Assembly: GCA_012522535.1 (NCBI GenBank)
Contig: JAAYKF010000097.1
Span: forward strand, 1-44,730
DNA length: 44,730 nucleotides
Reading direction: 5' to 3'
Source of the DNA: Bacteroidales bacterium
GTDB taxonomy: Bacteria > Bacteroidota > Bacteroidia > Bacteroidales > WCHB1-69
The notes under the pieces were generated by a model. The model worked only from the letters and a program-made list of their open reading frames with translations, was not told the origin of the DNA and made no database searches. Below are positions 9,000 through 19,947 of the stretch, piece by piece (position 1 is the first letter of the stretch; the number at the start of each line of letters is the position of its first letter). The position numbers and the translations under genes were made by a program.

Positions 9000-9062
9000 C
9001 AATTTGTCATCTTGAGTAGTCCCGATTTTATCAAGGACGAGCATCGAAAGATAGGCAAATTG
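9000..9062 (+). repeat. Dispersed hairpin repeat family 2, copy B
   Basis: CAATTTGTC-ATCT-TGAGTAGTCCCGATTT...CGAGCATCGAA-AGAT-AGGCAAATTG. Similarity to copy A extends upstream (AGCG.AGTCGAAA) and downstream. Confidence 0.85.
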
Positions 9063-9088
9063 TTTCACAGTTCTTCATTTCTTAACCG

Positions 9089-9160
9089 CATCCCAAAATA
9101 CTTTTTTGGCTTTAAACCTACAAGGTCGGGAAAGACCTTGCAGGATATATTCGCTCGATG
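9089..9160 (-). repeat. REP-like family 1, copy 2
   Basis: Core CCTACAAGGTC-gggaaa-GACCTTGCAGG at 9117-9144. The reverse complement aligns with 399-460. Confidence 0.8.
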
Positions 9161-9195
9161 GGCCTGAAATAGCCGTGTTTGTAGTGTGATTAAGT

Positions 9196-9957
9196 TTACT
9201 TATTTATAATAAGTTTTTTGGTGTAAGCTGATTTATTATTAATGATCATGGAGTAGAAATAAATTCCCTCTTCTAATTCGGAGGTGTTTACGTAAACTTT
9301 TCCGCTACCACCATTAATATTTTCGACAAAAACCACTGCACCAAGAATATTTTTTACTACTATTTGTGCATTTCCATTAAATCCCATGGGGAGAGTATAT
9401 GGAATATTGGTATAGCTTGATGCTGGATTTGGTCTGGCATTTTGCATGGAAGAGTTTTCAATAATATAATTTTCAATTCCTACGGGTTCAATGTTGAACA
9501 TATATTCAATGCTAACCTTGTCATCTTCAATGAAATCGCCATATTCGTCGCAAACATAGAAGGTGAATTTCACTATTGAAGTTCCAACTTTTTCGTTGGT
9601 CCAAAACTCTACATAAAATTCGTTTTCTTTGAGTTCATTTTCCTCTAATAAAATTGATGATGATGAAACCATAACATGAGGTGGATAGCACTGACTCCAG
9701 CAAAATCCGCACTCGCTGCCTTCAACAATATCAATTTGTTCTTTTAATACTTTTACATCAACATAGTCGTTGGTATTGTTTTTTACACCTACACTTGTTT
9801 CTTGCATAAAATACATGATTGTAGCATCAACGTTTGCATTAATGGTTATTTTAGCTCCATCCTCTATGAGAGTGCCGTTTTTGTATAAGCTTAGGCTTTG
9901 CGAAAAGCTCCAAAAACTTATTAGAATAAAACTTAGGGTGATAAATATTTTTCTCAT
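9196..9957 (-). CDS. Small T9SS type A cargo protein (Ig-like domain + CTD)
   Basis: Signal peptide from Met at 9957 (MRKIFITLSFILISFWSFSQ); FCW..CY motif; CTD ARPNPASS...GIYFYS...TKKLIINK. Confidence 0.85.
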   Translation of the reverse strand: MRKIFITLSFILISFWSFSQSLSLYKNGTLIEDGAKITINANVDATIMYFMQETSVGVKNNTNDYVDVKVLKEQIDIVEGSECGFCWSQCYPPHVMVSSSSILLEENELKENEFYVEFWTNEKVGTSIVKFTFYVCDEYGDFIEDDKVSIEYMFNIEPVGIENYIIENSSMQNARPNPASSYTNIPYTLPMGFNGNAQIVVKNILGAVVFVENINGGSGKVYVNTSELEEGIYFYSMIINNKSAYTKKLIINK

Positions 9958-10129
9958 TATCTTGTTGTCTTTTAGTTTAACAATACAAATATAGTGCATT
10001 AAAAAGCAAAAATCAATCCACAAATGGCTTATTAAATCTAAAATAACAAATAAGTTTAATTTATTAATACTTGACAGAGTACCTAAATAGATTTAGGTGC
10101 AATATTCGTGTTATAAATGTGTAAAAGGC

Positions 10130-10159
10130 TTGCAAAGCCGTGAAATCTTACTATTTTTG
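10130..10159 (+). promoter_or_regulatory. Bacteroidota -33/-7 promoter of the giant T9SS gene
   Basis: TTG at 10130-10132, a 19-nt spacer, then TATTTTTG at 10152-10159. Confidence 0.55.
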
Positions 10160-10210
10160 TATTCTGAATAAAAAATATTTCAAAAACTATAACAAAAAAA
10201 CACGATTTAC

Positions 10211-13200
10211 ATGAGAAAATTTAGCTTTTTACTGCTTATGCTAATTGTTAGTTTGTCCTTAAAAGCACAAACTACAATTTTAAGCGAAGGGTTTGAAACA
10301 CCTCCATACGAGTTTGTTTCTTCGGAAATGGGAGGTGTGCCACATTGGGTGGAAAATGACACGTACTATTTCACTGGAACAAAGTCGATTCATGGTGCTG
10401 TGCCACAGGCTGGTATAACAAATCTGACATCTCCTAAATTTACAAAAGGTGAACACACTAAGGTTTACCTTAGATTTAAACACATTTGTAAAATAGACCC
10501 CGCAGATCATGGCTTGGTTAGGTATATTATTAATGGAGGAACTCCACTATCATTGCCATCCGATCCTGAGGTCTATTTTAGACCGTCAAGTGGTGGTTAT
10601 TCCGTTAACGGTCGTTTTTCTTCAGCTTCATACACAGAGTGGAACTCTGCAGAACTAACAGCCCAGCCAACAAACAGTTGGTGGAAAGAGGAGATTTTCG
10701 ACATCACTTCTTTATTTGAAAATGACACTGACTCTATGCAAATCCAGTTTAGAATTCAAAAACTAGGTACTGGCACAGAGGAATCTTATGGTTGGTTAGT
10801 TGACGACATTGAAATTATTGGAGGACATGGAGAAATTTTCCCCCCTTCAATTACACTAATGCCCACCGTTCAGCAAGACACAGTTTTTGGTGTTGGACCA
10901 TGGACAGTGAATGCGAAAATTACGGATGAATCGGGTGTTGCAAGTGCAGATATTTTTTACAGACACACTCCTCCAAACGGAACTCCCAGTGCATGGACAG
11001 AAAGTCCGATGACAGTTATAAATGACTCTTTATTCAAATTTGAATTGCCCTCACAGCAATATAGAACCAAAACTGAATATTATATTGTAGCCGAAGACGT
11101 TAATGGAAATGGTACAAACTCTGGAATAAAATGGTTTGTAAATAAACGACCTCCAGCGCAAATTGTTATTGCTACGGATTCAACAGCTTCTACTGATATG
11201 CCTAATCCGTTTTATCAGCTTTATACGCAAGGGAGGATTCAGTTTATAATAAAAGCGAGTGAGCTTGAAGAATTTGGAGTGCCAGCTGGACCCATTGAAA
11301 GCATAGCTTTTAATGTAACAGCAACTTCTGCTCAAACAAGTGCAGGTTCATTATTTGATAACTTTAATATAAAAGGTGGTACTACAACTCAAGAAGTTGC
11401 AAATACAAGTTTTTCACAAAGTCTTCCTGTATTATATGAAGCACCAAACCTAATTGGACAACATGCAGTGGGCTGGAACGAATTTACTTTTTCAACTCCG
11501 ATATATTGGGATGGAACAAGTAACTTAATATTCGAAACATGTTTTAACAACTATACTACTGTGTCAAACTATAGTGGCAATGCTTCAATTACTCAAACAA
11601 ATACATCTTTTATATCATCGTCAGCTGCTTACACAGATTCAGGAACTCCTGATGTGTGTTCCAGTATTGGAAGTTCTAATTTATATACATATTCCAAACG
11701 TCCTGTTGTGAGATTAGGGTACCAGCAAACAGATTTTGATATTGATGTTGAGATGCTGGCAATTACACAGCCTTCAGGAAACTTGGTTGAAACAAGTAAT
11801 TCGGATGTTGTGGTTAAAATTAAAAACCAAGGGGAACAAGCTTTAACATCAGCCGACATTAGATGGTCGATAAATGATGTTGTTCAGCCAGAAGTTTATA
11901 ACTGGACAGGTGAGATTTATCAAGACCAAATGTCAGCTGACATAGTTGTTGTTGAAGATCATTTCTTCACTCCAGGTAGAAAAGATATTAAAGTTTGGGT
12001 AGAAAACCTAAATAGTGGCGAAGATATGAATCATGCCAACGACACTGCTTATAAAACAATTTTTGTTTGTGGTGGTCCGCTTGTGGCTGGAACATACACC
12101 ATTGGAGGTGCAACGCCAGACTTTGCCGACATAGATGAGGCAACTAGTAAACTAAAAATTTGTGGTATTTCGGGACCTGTTGTATTCAACATACGTTCGG
12201 GAGTTTATCACGAAACCATAGACCTATCTGCCATAGCAGGCTCGTCGGTGGCAAATACAATTACTTTTAAGTCGGAAACAGGAAATGCAGCCGATGTTGC
12301 CGTAATTGATACCATCAACAATAAAGCTACAATATATATAGATGGGGTATCAAACTTGAGATTTGAAAATCTTACTCTAAAAGCCACCTCTAATACCAGA
12401 TCAAGAGTTGTTGAGCTAAACAAAGGAGTTGAAAATGTTAAGTTTGAAGGTAATATTTTTGAAGGTAAAGAGATAAATAGCTCATTAGCAAATTATGCAC
12501 TTGTTTACTCTTCAAAAACCTCAGAATATAAAGATAAAGATCTATTTTTTGAGAATAATGAGTTTATTAATGGTTCATTTGGTTTACACATAAAAGCCAC
12601 TTCTACTTTATTGTCGGATAGTATTGTTGCAACAAACAATAAGTTTAACAATGCTTATAGAAGTATCTATGTAGAAAGAGTGAATGGGCTTATTATAAAT
12701 TCAAATATTATTGAGCAAAACACAGCTTCTACTCAAGAGTTTTCTGGAATATATATAACTAATGTTAATAGATTCCATCAGATAAATAAGAATACAATAA
12801 AATCGCACAAACTTGCCAATGGTATTTATCTATCATCAACAAGAGGTTTAACTCAAGCCTTTAGAGGTCTTATTTCCAACAACTTTATTGCATCTAATGG
12901 AAATATTACCAATGCCAGTGGTATCTATTTTAGCGATAATAACAATATAAATCTATACTACAACTCAATTAATATTACTGGTGCTGATGCGGTAACTTCA
13001 AGAGCAGCCTATTTTAGCTCCGGAAACGCCATTAGCTTACGTAACAATATATTTGCAAACTCAGCCAAAGGACGTGCAATTTACATTGCTACAAGCCCAG
13101 CAAATTATAGCTCCGAAAATAACAACTTATACACAAACGGAGAGGGTGTTGGATATTACTCATCTGTAAACAGAGTTGATTTAGAGGCATATCAAACAGC

Positions 13201-16200
13201 ATCAAGCACTGAGGCAAACTCAATAAGCATCGACCCATATTTCAACCCATTTGATAATCCATCAATTATAGAGGTAGGACTAAATGCAGCGGGTGTTGTT
13301 GTTGCAGAAGTTACCGATGACTTATTTGGAAACGCCAGAGATGTTAGCAATCCAGATATTGGAGCAGTTGAATTTGAGGTTTCTCCACACGACTTAGCAA
13401 TTCTTGAAATTATTAATCCAACAGACGATATAGTTTGTAATATTGAAGATGTTGAAATTTCGGTTGTAATTAGAAATACAGGTACATCTACCATTGATTT
13501 TGATGCTAATAATATCACTCTTTTTGCCAAAGCCATAGGCTCCTACGATCAAGATTTTGACTTCACAATTGATGAAGGCGAATTGGAAACAGGAGCAACA
13601 ATGCAGGTTGTAATAACTGATGCTTTGGAGCTTTTGGACAAAATGGTTTACGAAATTAAAGTATGGCACGAGTGGGCATTGGATGCCAATGACCTAAATG
13701 ACGAAGTTACCATGGAATTGGATGTTACGAAGATAGATGCTCTACCATATGAGTTAGACTTCTCTTCGGAACCAGTTCCAGCAGCTAAAATAAGTATTCT
13801 AAGTGGTACAAAAAGCTGGGAAATTGTAGAAGGAAATCAAGCCAGTCCTACTGTTGCACCAGTTTATGGAACAGGAAGATTGTATTACAATGCTTATAGT
13901 GCAACCAGCGGTAACTCATCCAGAATGGCAATGTGGCCATTTGATTTCAGTGCCGTAAACAATCCAATTGTTGAGTTCTGGATGTCGCAAGACAATGGTC
14001 AGTCATCTAAAACTAAAGAAGGTGTAACTGTTAGAGTATCGTTAGACGGTGGTCAAAACTGGTTGAATGATACACTTTTTGCACCTCGTTATAATGCAGA
14101 TTTCACTACACCAGGTTGGAAACGCTTCGAGCTGAATTTAGCCAACTACGTTGGATACGATTGTGTTACAATTGCATTTGATGCTTATAGCGAATATGGA
14201 AACAACTTTAGTATTGACAAAATAGTTGTTCGCGACTTATTTGATAATGACATTAGAGTTAATTACGTTCACACCTTAGGTAGTGCACCACTAGAATTTG
14301 CTTCGCCTGTTAAGGTAAGAGCAGAGGTTGAAAATCTTGGAGCAGAGCATCAATTTGATGTTGATGTAGTTATGGCTGTTACAGGTGCCAACACTTTTGA
14401 TGAAACTATTGTAATTGATTCATTAATGTATGGTACTAAGAAAGTGGTTGAATTTGAAATTTCTCCATCTGTTTTAGGAGCAAACTTAGTTACAGTTTCG
14501 GTTGATGATGATGAAGACATTTCAAACAACACTGTTACCTACGATTTAGTATCTACCGAAGATTACTATTCGCATGCCGATGGCACTGATGCCTTCAACT
14601 ATCAATCCAATGGAAATGGAATGTTATTGGCAAAATATAATGTTCAAGGAAGAAGAACAGTTAAAGCCGTTAAAGCATATTTGAATAATGAAAATATAGA
14701 AGGTAAAAAACTATATGGTGTTGTAATGAATGAAGAGGGGCAAATTATAGGTCGCTCGGATACAATTACACTTGTTGCTGCAGATGGAAACACGTGGAAG
14801 TCGTTCGAGATTAACGATTGGCACTATGTTTCTGTTGAAGATAATGACTTTTATGTTGGTATAGCACAAATAGGCTCTGGATATCAGCCCATTGGCTCGC
14901 AGCAAGAGTCGCCACTACGTGAAGGTGCATTCTTTACAGCAAACTCTACAGGTGGCTCTCTATCGGCGGTTAACAACAAAGGACGCTTAATGATAGGTGC
15001 CGAAGTTGGTTCAATGCCAGCTTATGATGCTCAGCTAATGGCTATAACCAATCCTGTTGGAGGTTGTGGAGTGGATGAGCAAGAAATTACCATTGAAATA
15101 TTCAACTACGGTTCGGAAGATATTCTTCCAAACACGCTTACAGCATGGTATTCTGTAAACGAGGGAGCTGCTGTTTCGCAAGTTGTTAACGCAACAATAG
15201 AAGCAGGTGCAACATATGCACACGCATTTACTCCTGCATTTGACTTTACACCCGCAGGCTTAGATGCAGAAGATTTTACCATAGATGTATGGATAAATCA
15301 TCCTTCTGATAACCTAAATCAAAATGACTCAATATTTGATTATGAATTTACGGTAAAACCAACACCACCAGCACCAATAATCACCTCCGACAACCCACAA
15401 TATGTAGATTATATGCAATCAGCAACATTGTCGGCTGCAATCCCAAGTGGATTTGAAGGTGCTATTAATTGGTACGAAAACGAAACAGACCTTGAGCCCA
15501 TCCACACAGGAGAGTTCTTCGAAACACCCCTTGTAGAAGCAGATGATACATACTATTTAACTTTCCACCGTATTGATGATATGGGATATACTGAAATAGG
15601 AACAGGAAATTCTACCCAAAGATATCCTTTAGGAAACTTTTACGGATATGAAAGAGGCGTAGCACTTTATGCTGCAGATGAAATAGGGGGAGCAGGAGCT
15701 ATTGAAAGCCTATCTTTCTATATAGGTGCTACTGTTGATGTAACTCATCCTATCAAAATTTATCTTAAAACAGTATCAACAACAACCATAGCTACAAATA
15801 CTTATGATAGTTTCACCGATGGGGCTACCTTGGTTTATGATGCATCAGTTGCTCACCCTGAAGAAGGTTGGCAAGAGTTTGAATTTACAGAGCCATATGC
15901 CTATGATGGGTCAAGCTCATTAATGGTTATTATAGAAACAAACTTTGGTGGAAATGGTTGGGGACAGGGAAGTGCTGTTCCATCTATTCGTTATTCAAAT
16001 AGTCCAGATAGGTTTATCCGTTGGCAACAAGACAACTCAATGCCAATAGGAAACGGAACTGTCTCTTCAAACCGTCCCAATATCAAATTCTTTAAACAAA
16101 CTTTAGGTTGCGAAAGTGATAAAATTGCACATGATATTATTGTTCAAAATGTTACACTTTACGACTTACAGCCAATTGAGGTTACTTCGCCAGTTACGGC

Positions 16201-19200
16201 TTGTTACTTGGAAGACGAAAATGTGGTTGTGAAAATCAGAAACAATTTCAACAACACAGTGCCAGCAGGTGCTGAGGTGTTCTGCCAAATAAACGACGGA
16301 GCAATTGTTTCTGGAACAATGGAAGATGCCATTGAACCCAACGAAATAGTTGAGTTCACAATTCCAGAAACTTACAACTTTGCTGCAAACGTTGAAGACC
16401 TTGAGTTTAACCTAAGAGTTTGGACAGCTGTTGAAGGCGACACATACAATGCCAACGACACTGTTTACTACTCCTTTGTTTCTCAAAAAACAGCACTTCC
16501 ACTAACATTCACAGATGTAACTATACCATATGCAACAAGTCATACATTTGATTATGAAACAGGAAGCCTTGCAGTATATGCCAATGAAGATGATGAATAT
16601 CCAATCGAAACTCACTCAGGTGGTTTCACAACACCAATTCTATACGAAGATGTTAGCTATTGGCTTGAAGGAAGCGTAGGAGGCAGTGTTGATACAGTGG
16701 TGGGAAGTGGAAATGCCACCGTAACCTTAGCTCCATATTATGGTTATTATAACTATAGTTGGTCAGCAACCTTATATACAGCCGAGGAGATTGGAGCGTC
16801 TGGAAGCATAGATACAATTTTTTACACTACAACTTCAGGTAATAGTGGATATACTGTTGCAAATCAAAAGATATATATGATTGAGGTTGATGAAGTTCAA
16901 TTTGCTGACAATACACCTCCAAGCACAACTGGAATGACATTGGTTTATGAAGGTACAGCAGTTCACTTAAACAACGAAGTTGTAATAGTACTAGATAATC
17001 CATTTGAATATAGTGGTCAAAAATCATTATTGATATATTGGGAAAATCGTAACAATAATTGGACATCTGGATATCCTACATTCAGGGCTTCATCAAAAGC
17101 AAATGTTAGTAAATACGCCTATTCAGATACTGGTATATTCTCAGGAACACCAGCTATGGGTAGCAATCGTCCCGATTTAGGAATAAGAGGTGATGGTAGA
17201 GGTTGCCCCAGCGATAAACTATTTGTAACTGTATCCATTGAGGATGCTCCAGCCAAAGATGTGGGAGTAGTTGAAATAACTAGCCCTGTAGCTACAGGTG
17301 GGTATTTATCTGAGGCAGAAGATATCAGCATCAGAATTAAAAACTACGGACTTGAAGCTGCAAGCAATATAATGATTGGCTATAGAGTGGGTGAAAATGC
17401 ACCAAATGTTGAAATATTTATGGGCATAATTAATCCCGGTGAAATAGTTGAACATACATTTGCCAATGCAGCTAATCTTGCAGACATAACAGAGGAGACA
17501 GTTCTTAAAGCATGGACAAAATACACTGGAGACAATGTAACTATAAATGACACTGCATACATTACTATCTATCCTCCACAATATTGCGACATAACTGTTA
17601 CAAGTCCTGCCTCGTATGGTGATATTGGAAACGTAACCCTTGGAAATATTTATAATGGATTCCCACATCCAATTTATAGCAACCCCGAGGCAACAGGTGG
17701 ATATAATGATTACACCAATACGGTGCCAGCTATCTATATGGTTAAAGGATCTCCATATATTTTCAAAGCTACAACTATAACCGTTACTACAAGCATGTAC
17801 AACACTAAGTATGGTGTTTATATAGACTATAACAGAAATGCAAACTTTGATGCCAACGAACAAGTCTTAACAGGAAATACAACTACACCTGCAGGAAGTG
17901 GATTGTCTCATGCTGATGTAACACTAATAGGTGCAGTATCAGTTCCAGCAACGGCTCAAACTGGATTGACAAGAATGAGAGTAGTTTCTAAAGAGGGCTC
18001 AGACGCACCTGCTTGTGGCTCGTTCACATGGGGTGAAGTGGAAGATTATAGCGTTTACATCGCCGAACCAGAAGATGTTGATGCTTCATTAATAACCTTC
18101 ACATCGCCAAATATATCTACCTCTATCGAAGGTGCCACAGCAACATTTAGAGTTAGATTACAAAACACAGGTAATAACCCTATAACATCTGCCACAGTGA
18201 AACTACTACACAATGGTGAAGTTTATGAAACTGAATGGGAAGGCTCTCTAAACAAATTCCAAGGAACAGAGGTTAACTTAGGAGCAATTACATTCCACGG
18301 TGCTATGAACTACATAACAGCTGTTGTGGAAATGGAAGGCGATATGGTGCCATATAATGACACTATCAGAATGCAAGTTTATGCAAGTCCAGCCTACAAC
18401 CTTGAACCAACAGCAATACTAAACCCTGATAATACATCATGTCCAAACGAGAACTTACCCGTTAAAGTTAGAGTTAAAAATAGCGGTAATCAAGCACTTA
18501 ATATGGCTGAAAACAATGTTCAGATAGGTATTGACATTGCAGGACCAGTAAACTCAAGCTTCACCGAAACCATCACCGAAGGAACAATTGCAGCAGGAGG
18601 ATATAAAGATATTATATTCACCGAAAATGCAAACTTCTCGCTTGGTGGAGAATACACAGTTACAGCATATGTGTTCTTAGAAGCTGATGCCGATAATAGC
18701 AACGACACAATCGTTAAAACTATTACAATGGCAGCAGACATAGCTCAAATGCCCATTACTGAAGACTTTACTGAATTTACAGTAGGTTCAACAAGCTTCC
18801 CCAACGGATGGACACAAACTTCAACAACGGTAGCTACCAACAAATACAAATGGTTGCCAGCTCAAGGACAAACCCTAGACGGAGTTTCGTCAGGACCAGC
18901 TAACGATCACACTACACAAAACGCAGAAGGTAAATATATATACGCATACAGCGGATATGGACTCAACGGAGATAGAGCTTACTTCACATCGCAATGTATA
19001 AATATGAATACAATTCCAGGACAAGAAAACGAAATCTCATACTGGATGCATATGTTCGGAGCGGGAATAGGTAGGCTATATGTTGAAGTTGGATCAGGAG
19101 AAAGCTGGATAAGAGTTGACTCGCTAATAGGACAGCAACAAAGCTCGCAATCAGCAGCCTGGTCACAAAGAGTTGTTAACATTAGCCAAGTGCCAGATGG

Positions 19201-19900
19201 AAACCATAGAGTTAGATTCCACGCCGTGAGAAACTCAACAAATGGAAACATCGCACTTGATGATATTAGCATTGCCAAAAACTTACCAGACGTGGGAATA
19301 TCACATATTATTAAACCCGAAAGCTATCCTCAAGACTCGGTAGGTTACAATACCGATGTGGAAGTTAAAGTTGTAATCAAAAACTACGGAAATACAGTAG
19401 TAGAAGATGTTCCAGTATATTATGTTGTGAATAACGGAGAAGAAGTTCATGACCTATTCATAGGAATTCTTAACCCCGGTGATGAAGCTGAGTTTACATT
19501 CACAGAGCCATACATAGCACCACAGCAAAGAACTCACAACCTATGCGTTTACACAAACCTTGATGGTGATGTGAACCCTGATAATGACAGAAGTTGTAAA
19601 AACGTTGTAGGATACCCCGTTGGAATCCAAACCTTAGAAAACAACGGATATGCCCTTGAACAAAATATACCAAATCCAGCAATGGAATACACCACAATTG
19701 GCTACACAGTGCCAAAAGCAGGTAAAATGGTATTCAAACTTACAGATGTTCTCGGAAAAACAATCTACACCGAAGAATATAACAACACAGCTGGAAAACA
19801 CAACATTAAGTTAGATGTGTCAAATTACGCCCCCGGAGTGTACTACTACACCCTAGAGTTTGAAGAAACACGACTGACTAAGAAAATGACAATCCAATAA
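10211..19900 (+). CDS. Giant (3229 aa) T9SS-secreted multidomain surface protein, adhesin-like
   Basis: Signal peptide; MAM-like/jelly-roll domains; multiple CARDB-like Ig repeats (D....NDT); parallel beta-helix region; Ig_7-like domains; GEVED domain (WGEVEDY); MAM domain (YWMHMFGAGIG...IALDDI); CTD LEQNIPNPA...GVYYYT...TKKMTIQ. Confidence 0.9.
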   Translation: MRKFSFLLLMLIVSLSLKAQTTILSEGFETPPYEFVSSEMGGVPHWVENDTYYFTGTKSIHGAVPQAGITNLTSPKFTKGEHTKVYLRFKHICKIDPADHGLVRYIINGGTPLSLPSDPEVYFRPSSGGYSVNGRFSSASYTEWNSAELTAQPTNSWWKEEIFDITSLFENDTDSMQIQFRIQKLGTGTEESYGWLVDDIEIIGGHGEIFPPSITLMPTVQQDTVFGVGPWTVNAKITDESGVASADIFYRHTPPNGTPSAWTESPMTVINDSLFKFELPSQQYRTKTEYYIVAEDVNGNGTNSGIKWFVNKRPPAQIVIATDSTASTDMPNPFYQLYTQGRIQFIIKASELEEFGVPAGPIESIAFNVTATSAQTSAGSLFDNFNIKGGTTTQEVANTSFSQSLPVLYEAPNLIGQHAVGWNEFTFSTPIYWDGTSNLIFETCFNNYTTVSNYSGNASITQTNTSFISSSAAYTDSGTPDVCSSIGSSNLYTYSKRPVVRLGYQQTDFDIDVEMLAITQPSGNLVETSNSDVVVKIKNQGEQALTSADIRWSINDVVQPEVYNWTGEIYQDQMSADIVVVEDHFFTPGRKDIKVWVENLNSGEDMNHANDTAYKTIFVCGGPLVAGTYTIGGATPDFADIDEATSKLKICGISGPVVFNIRSGVYHETIDLSAIAGSSVANTITFKSETGNAADVAVIDTINNKATIYIDGVSNLRFENLTLKATSNTRSRVVELNKGVENVKFEGNIFEGKEINSSLANYALVYSSKTSEYKDKDLFFENNEFINGSFGLHIKATSTLLSDSIVATNNKFNNAYRSIYVERVNGLIINSNIIEQNTASTQEFSGIYITNVNRFHQINKNTIKSHKLANGIYLSSTRGLTQAFRGLISNNFIASNGNITNASGIYFSDNNNINLYYNSINITGADAVTSRAAYFSSGNAISLRNNIFANSAKGRAIYIATSPANYSSENNNLYTNGEGVGYYSSVNRVDLEAYQTASSTEANSISIDPYFNPFDNPSIIEVGLNAAGVVVAEVTDDLFGNARDVSNPDIGAVEFEVSPHDLAILEIINPTDDIVCNIEDVEISVVIRNTGTSTIDFDANNITLFAKAIGSYDQDFDFTIDEGELETGATMQVVITDALELLDKMVYEIKVWHEWALDANDLNDEVTMELDVTKIDALPYELDFSSEPVPAAKISILSGTKSWEIVEGNQASPTVAPVYGTGRLYYNAYSATSGNSSRMAMWPFDFSAVNNPIVEFWMSQDNGQSSKTKEGVTVRVSLDGGQNWLNDTLFAPRYNADFTTPGWKRFELNLANYVGYDCVTIAFDAYSEYGNNFSIDKIVVRDLFDNDIRVNYVHTLGSAPLEFASPVKVRAEVENLGAEHQFDVDVVMAVTGANTFDETIVIDSLMYGTKKVVEFEISPSVLGANLVTVSVDDDEDISNNTVTYDLVSTEDYYSHADGTDAFNYQSNGNGMLLAKYNVQGRRTVKAVKAYLNNENIEGKKLYGVVMNEEGQIIGRSDTITLVAADGNTWKSFEINDWHYVSVEDNDFYVGIAQIGSGYQPIGSQQESPLREGAFFTANSTGGSLSAVNNKGRLMIGAEVGSMPAYDAQLMAITNPVGGCGVDEQEITIEIFNYGSEDILPNTLTAWYSVNEGAAVSQVVNATIEAGATYAHAFTPAFDFTPAGLDAEDFTIDVWINHPSDNLNQNDSIFDYEFTVKPTPPAPIITSDNPQYVDYMQSATLSAAIPSGFEGAINWYENETDLEPIHTGEFFETPLVEADDTYYLTFHRIDDMGYTEIGTGNSTQRYPLGNFYGYERGVALYAADEIGGAGAIESLSFYIGATVDVTHPIKIYLKTVSTTTIATNTYDSFTDGATLVYDASVAHPEEGWQEFEFTEPYAYDGSSSLMVIIETNFGGNGWGQGSAVPSIRYSNSPDRFIRWQQDNSMPIGNGTVSSNRPNIKFFKQTLGCESDKIAHDIIVQNVTLYDLQPIEVTSPVTACYLEDENVVVKIRNNFNNTVPAGAEVFCQINDGAIVSGTMEDAIEPNEIVEFTIPETYNFAANVEDLEFNLRVWTAVEGDTYNANDTVYYSFVSQKTALPLTFTDVTIPYATSHTFDYETGSLAVYANEDDEYPIETHSGGFTTPILYEDVSYWLEGSVGGSVDTVVGSGNATVTLAPYYGYYNYSWSATLYTAEEIGASGSIDTIFYTTTSGNSGYTVANQKIYMIEVDEVQFADNTPPSTTGMTLVYEGTAVHLNNEVVIVLDNPFEYSGQKSLLIYWENRNNNWTSGYPTFRASSKANVSKYAYSDTGIFSGTPAMGSNRPDLGIRGDGRGCPSDKLFVTVSIEDAPAKDVGVVEITSPVATGGYLSEAEDISIRIKNYGLEAASNIMIGYRVGENAPNVEIFMGIINPGEIVEHTFANAANLADITEETVLKAWTKYTGDNVTINDTAYITIYPPQYCDITVTSPASYGDIGNVTLGNIYNGFPHPIYSNPEATGGYNDYTNTVPAIYMVKGSPYIFKATTITVTTSMYNTKYGVYIDYNRNANFDANEQVLTGNTTTPAGSGLSHADVTLIGAVSVPATAQTGLTRMRVVSKEGSDAPACGSFTWGEVEDYSVYIAEPEDVDASLITFTSPNISTSIEGATATFRVRLQNTGNNPITSATVKLLHNGEVYETEWEGSLNKFQGTEVNLGAITFHGAMNYITAVVEMEGDMVPYNDTIRMQVYASPAYNLEPTAILNPDNTSCPNENLPVKVRVKNSGNQALNMAENNVQIGIDIAGPVNSSFTETITEGTIAAGGYKDIIFTENANFSLGGEYTVTAYVFLEADADNSNDTIVKTITMAADIAQMPITEDFTEFTVGSTSFPNGWTQTSTTVATNKYKWLPAQGQTLDGVSSGPANDHTTQNAEGKYIYAYSGYGLNGDRAYFTSQCINMNTIPGQENEISYWMHMFGAGIGRLYVEVGSGESWIRVDSLIGQQQSSQSAAWSQRVVNISQVPDGNHRVRFHAVRNSTNGNIALDDISIAKNLPDVGISHIIKPESYPQDSVGYNTDVEVKVVIKNYGNTVVEDVPVYYVVNNGEEVHDLFIGILNPGDEAEFTFTEPYIAPQQRTHNLCVYTNLDGDVNPDNDRSCKNVVGYPVGIQTLENNGYALEQNIPNPAMEYTTIGYTVPKAGKMVFKLTDVLGKTIYTEEYNNTAGKHNIKLDVSNYAPGVYYYTLEFEETRLTKKMTIQ

Positions 19901-19912
19901 AATAAGAAACCT

Positions 19913-19947
19913 AAAAAGGGCAGCAAATTAAAAGCTGCCCTTTTTTT
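19913..19947 (+). terminator. Intrinsic terminator
   Basis: AAAAAGGGCAGC-loop-GCTGCCC followed by T7. Confidence 0.9.
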
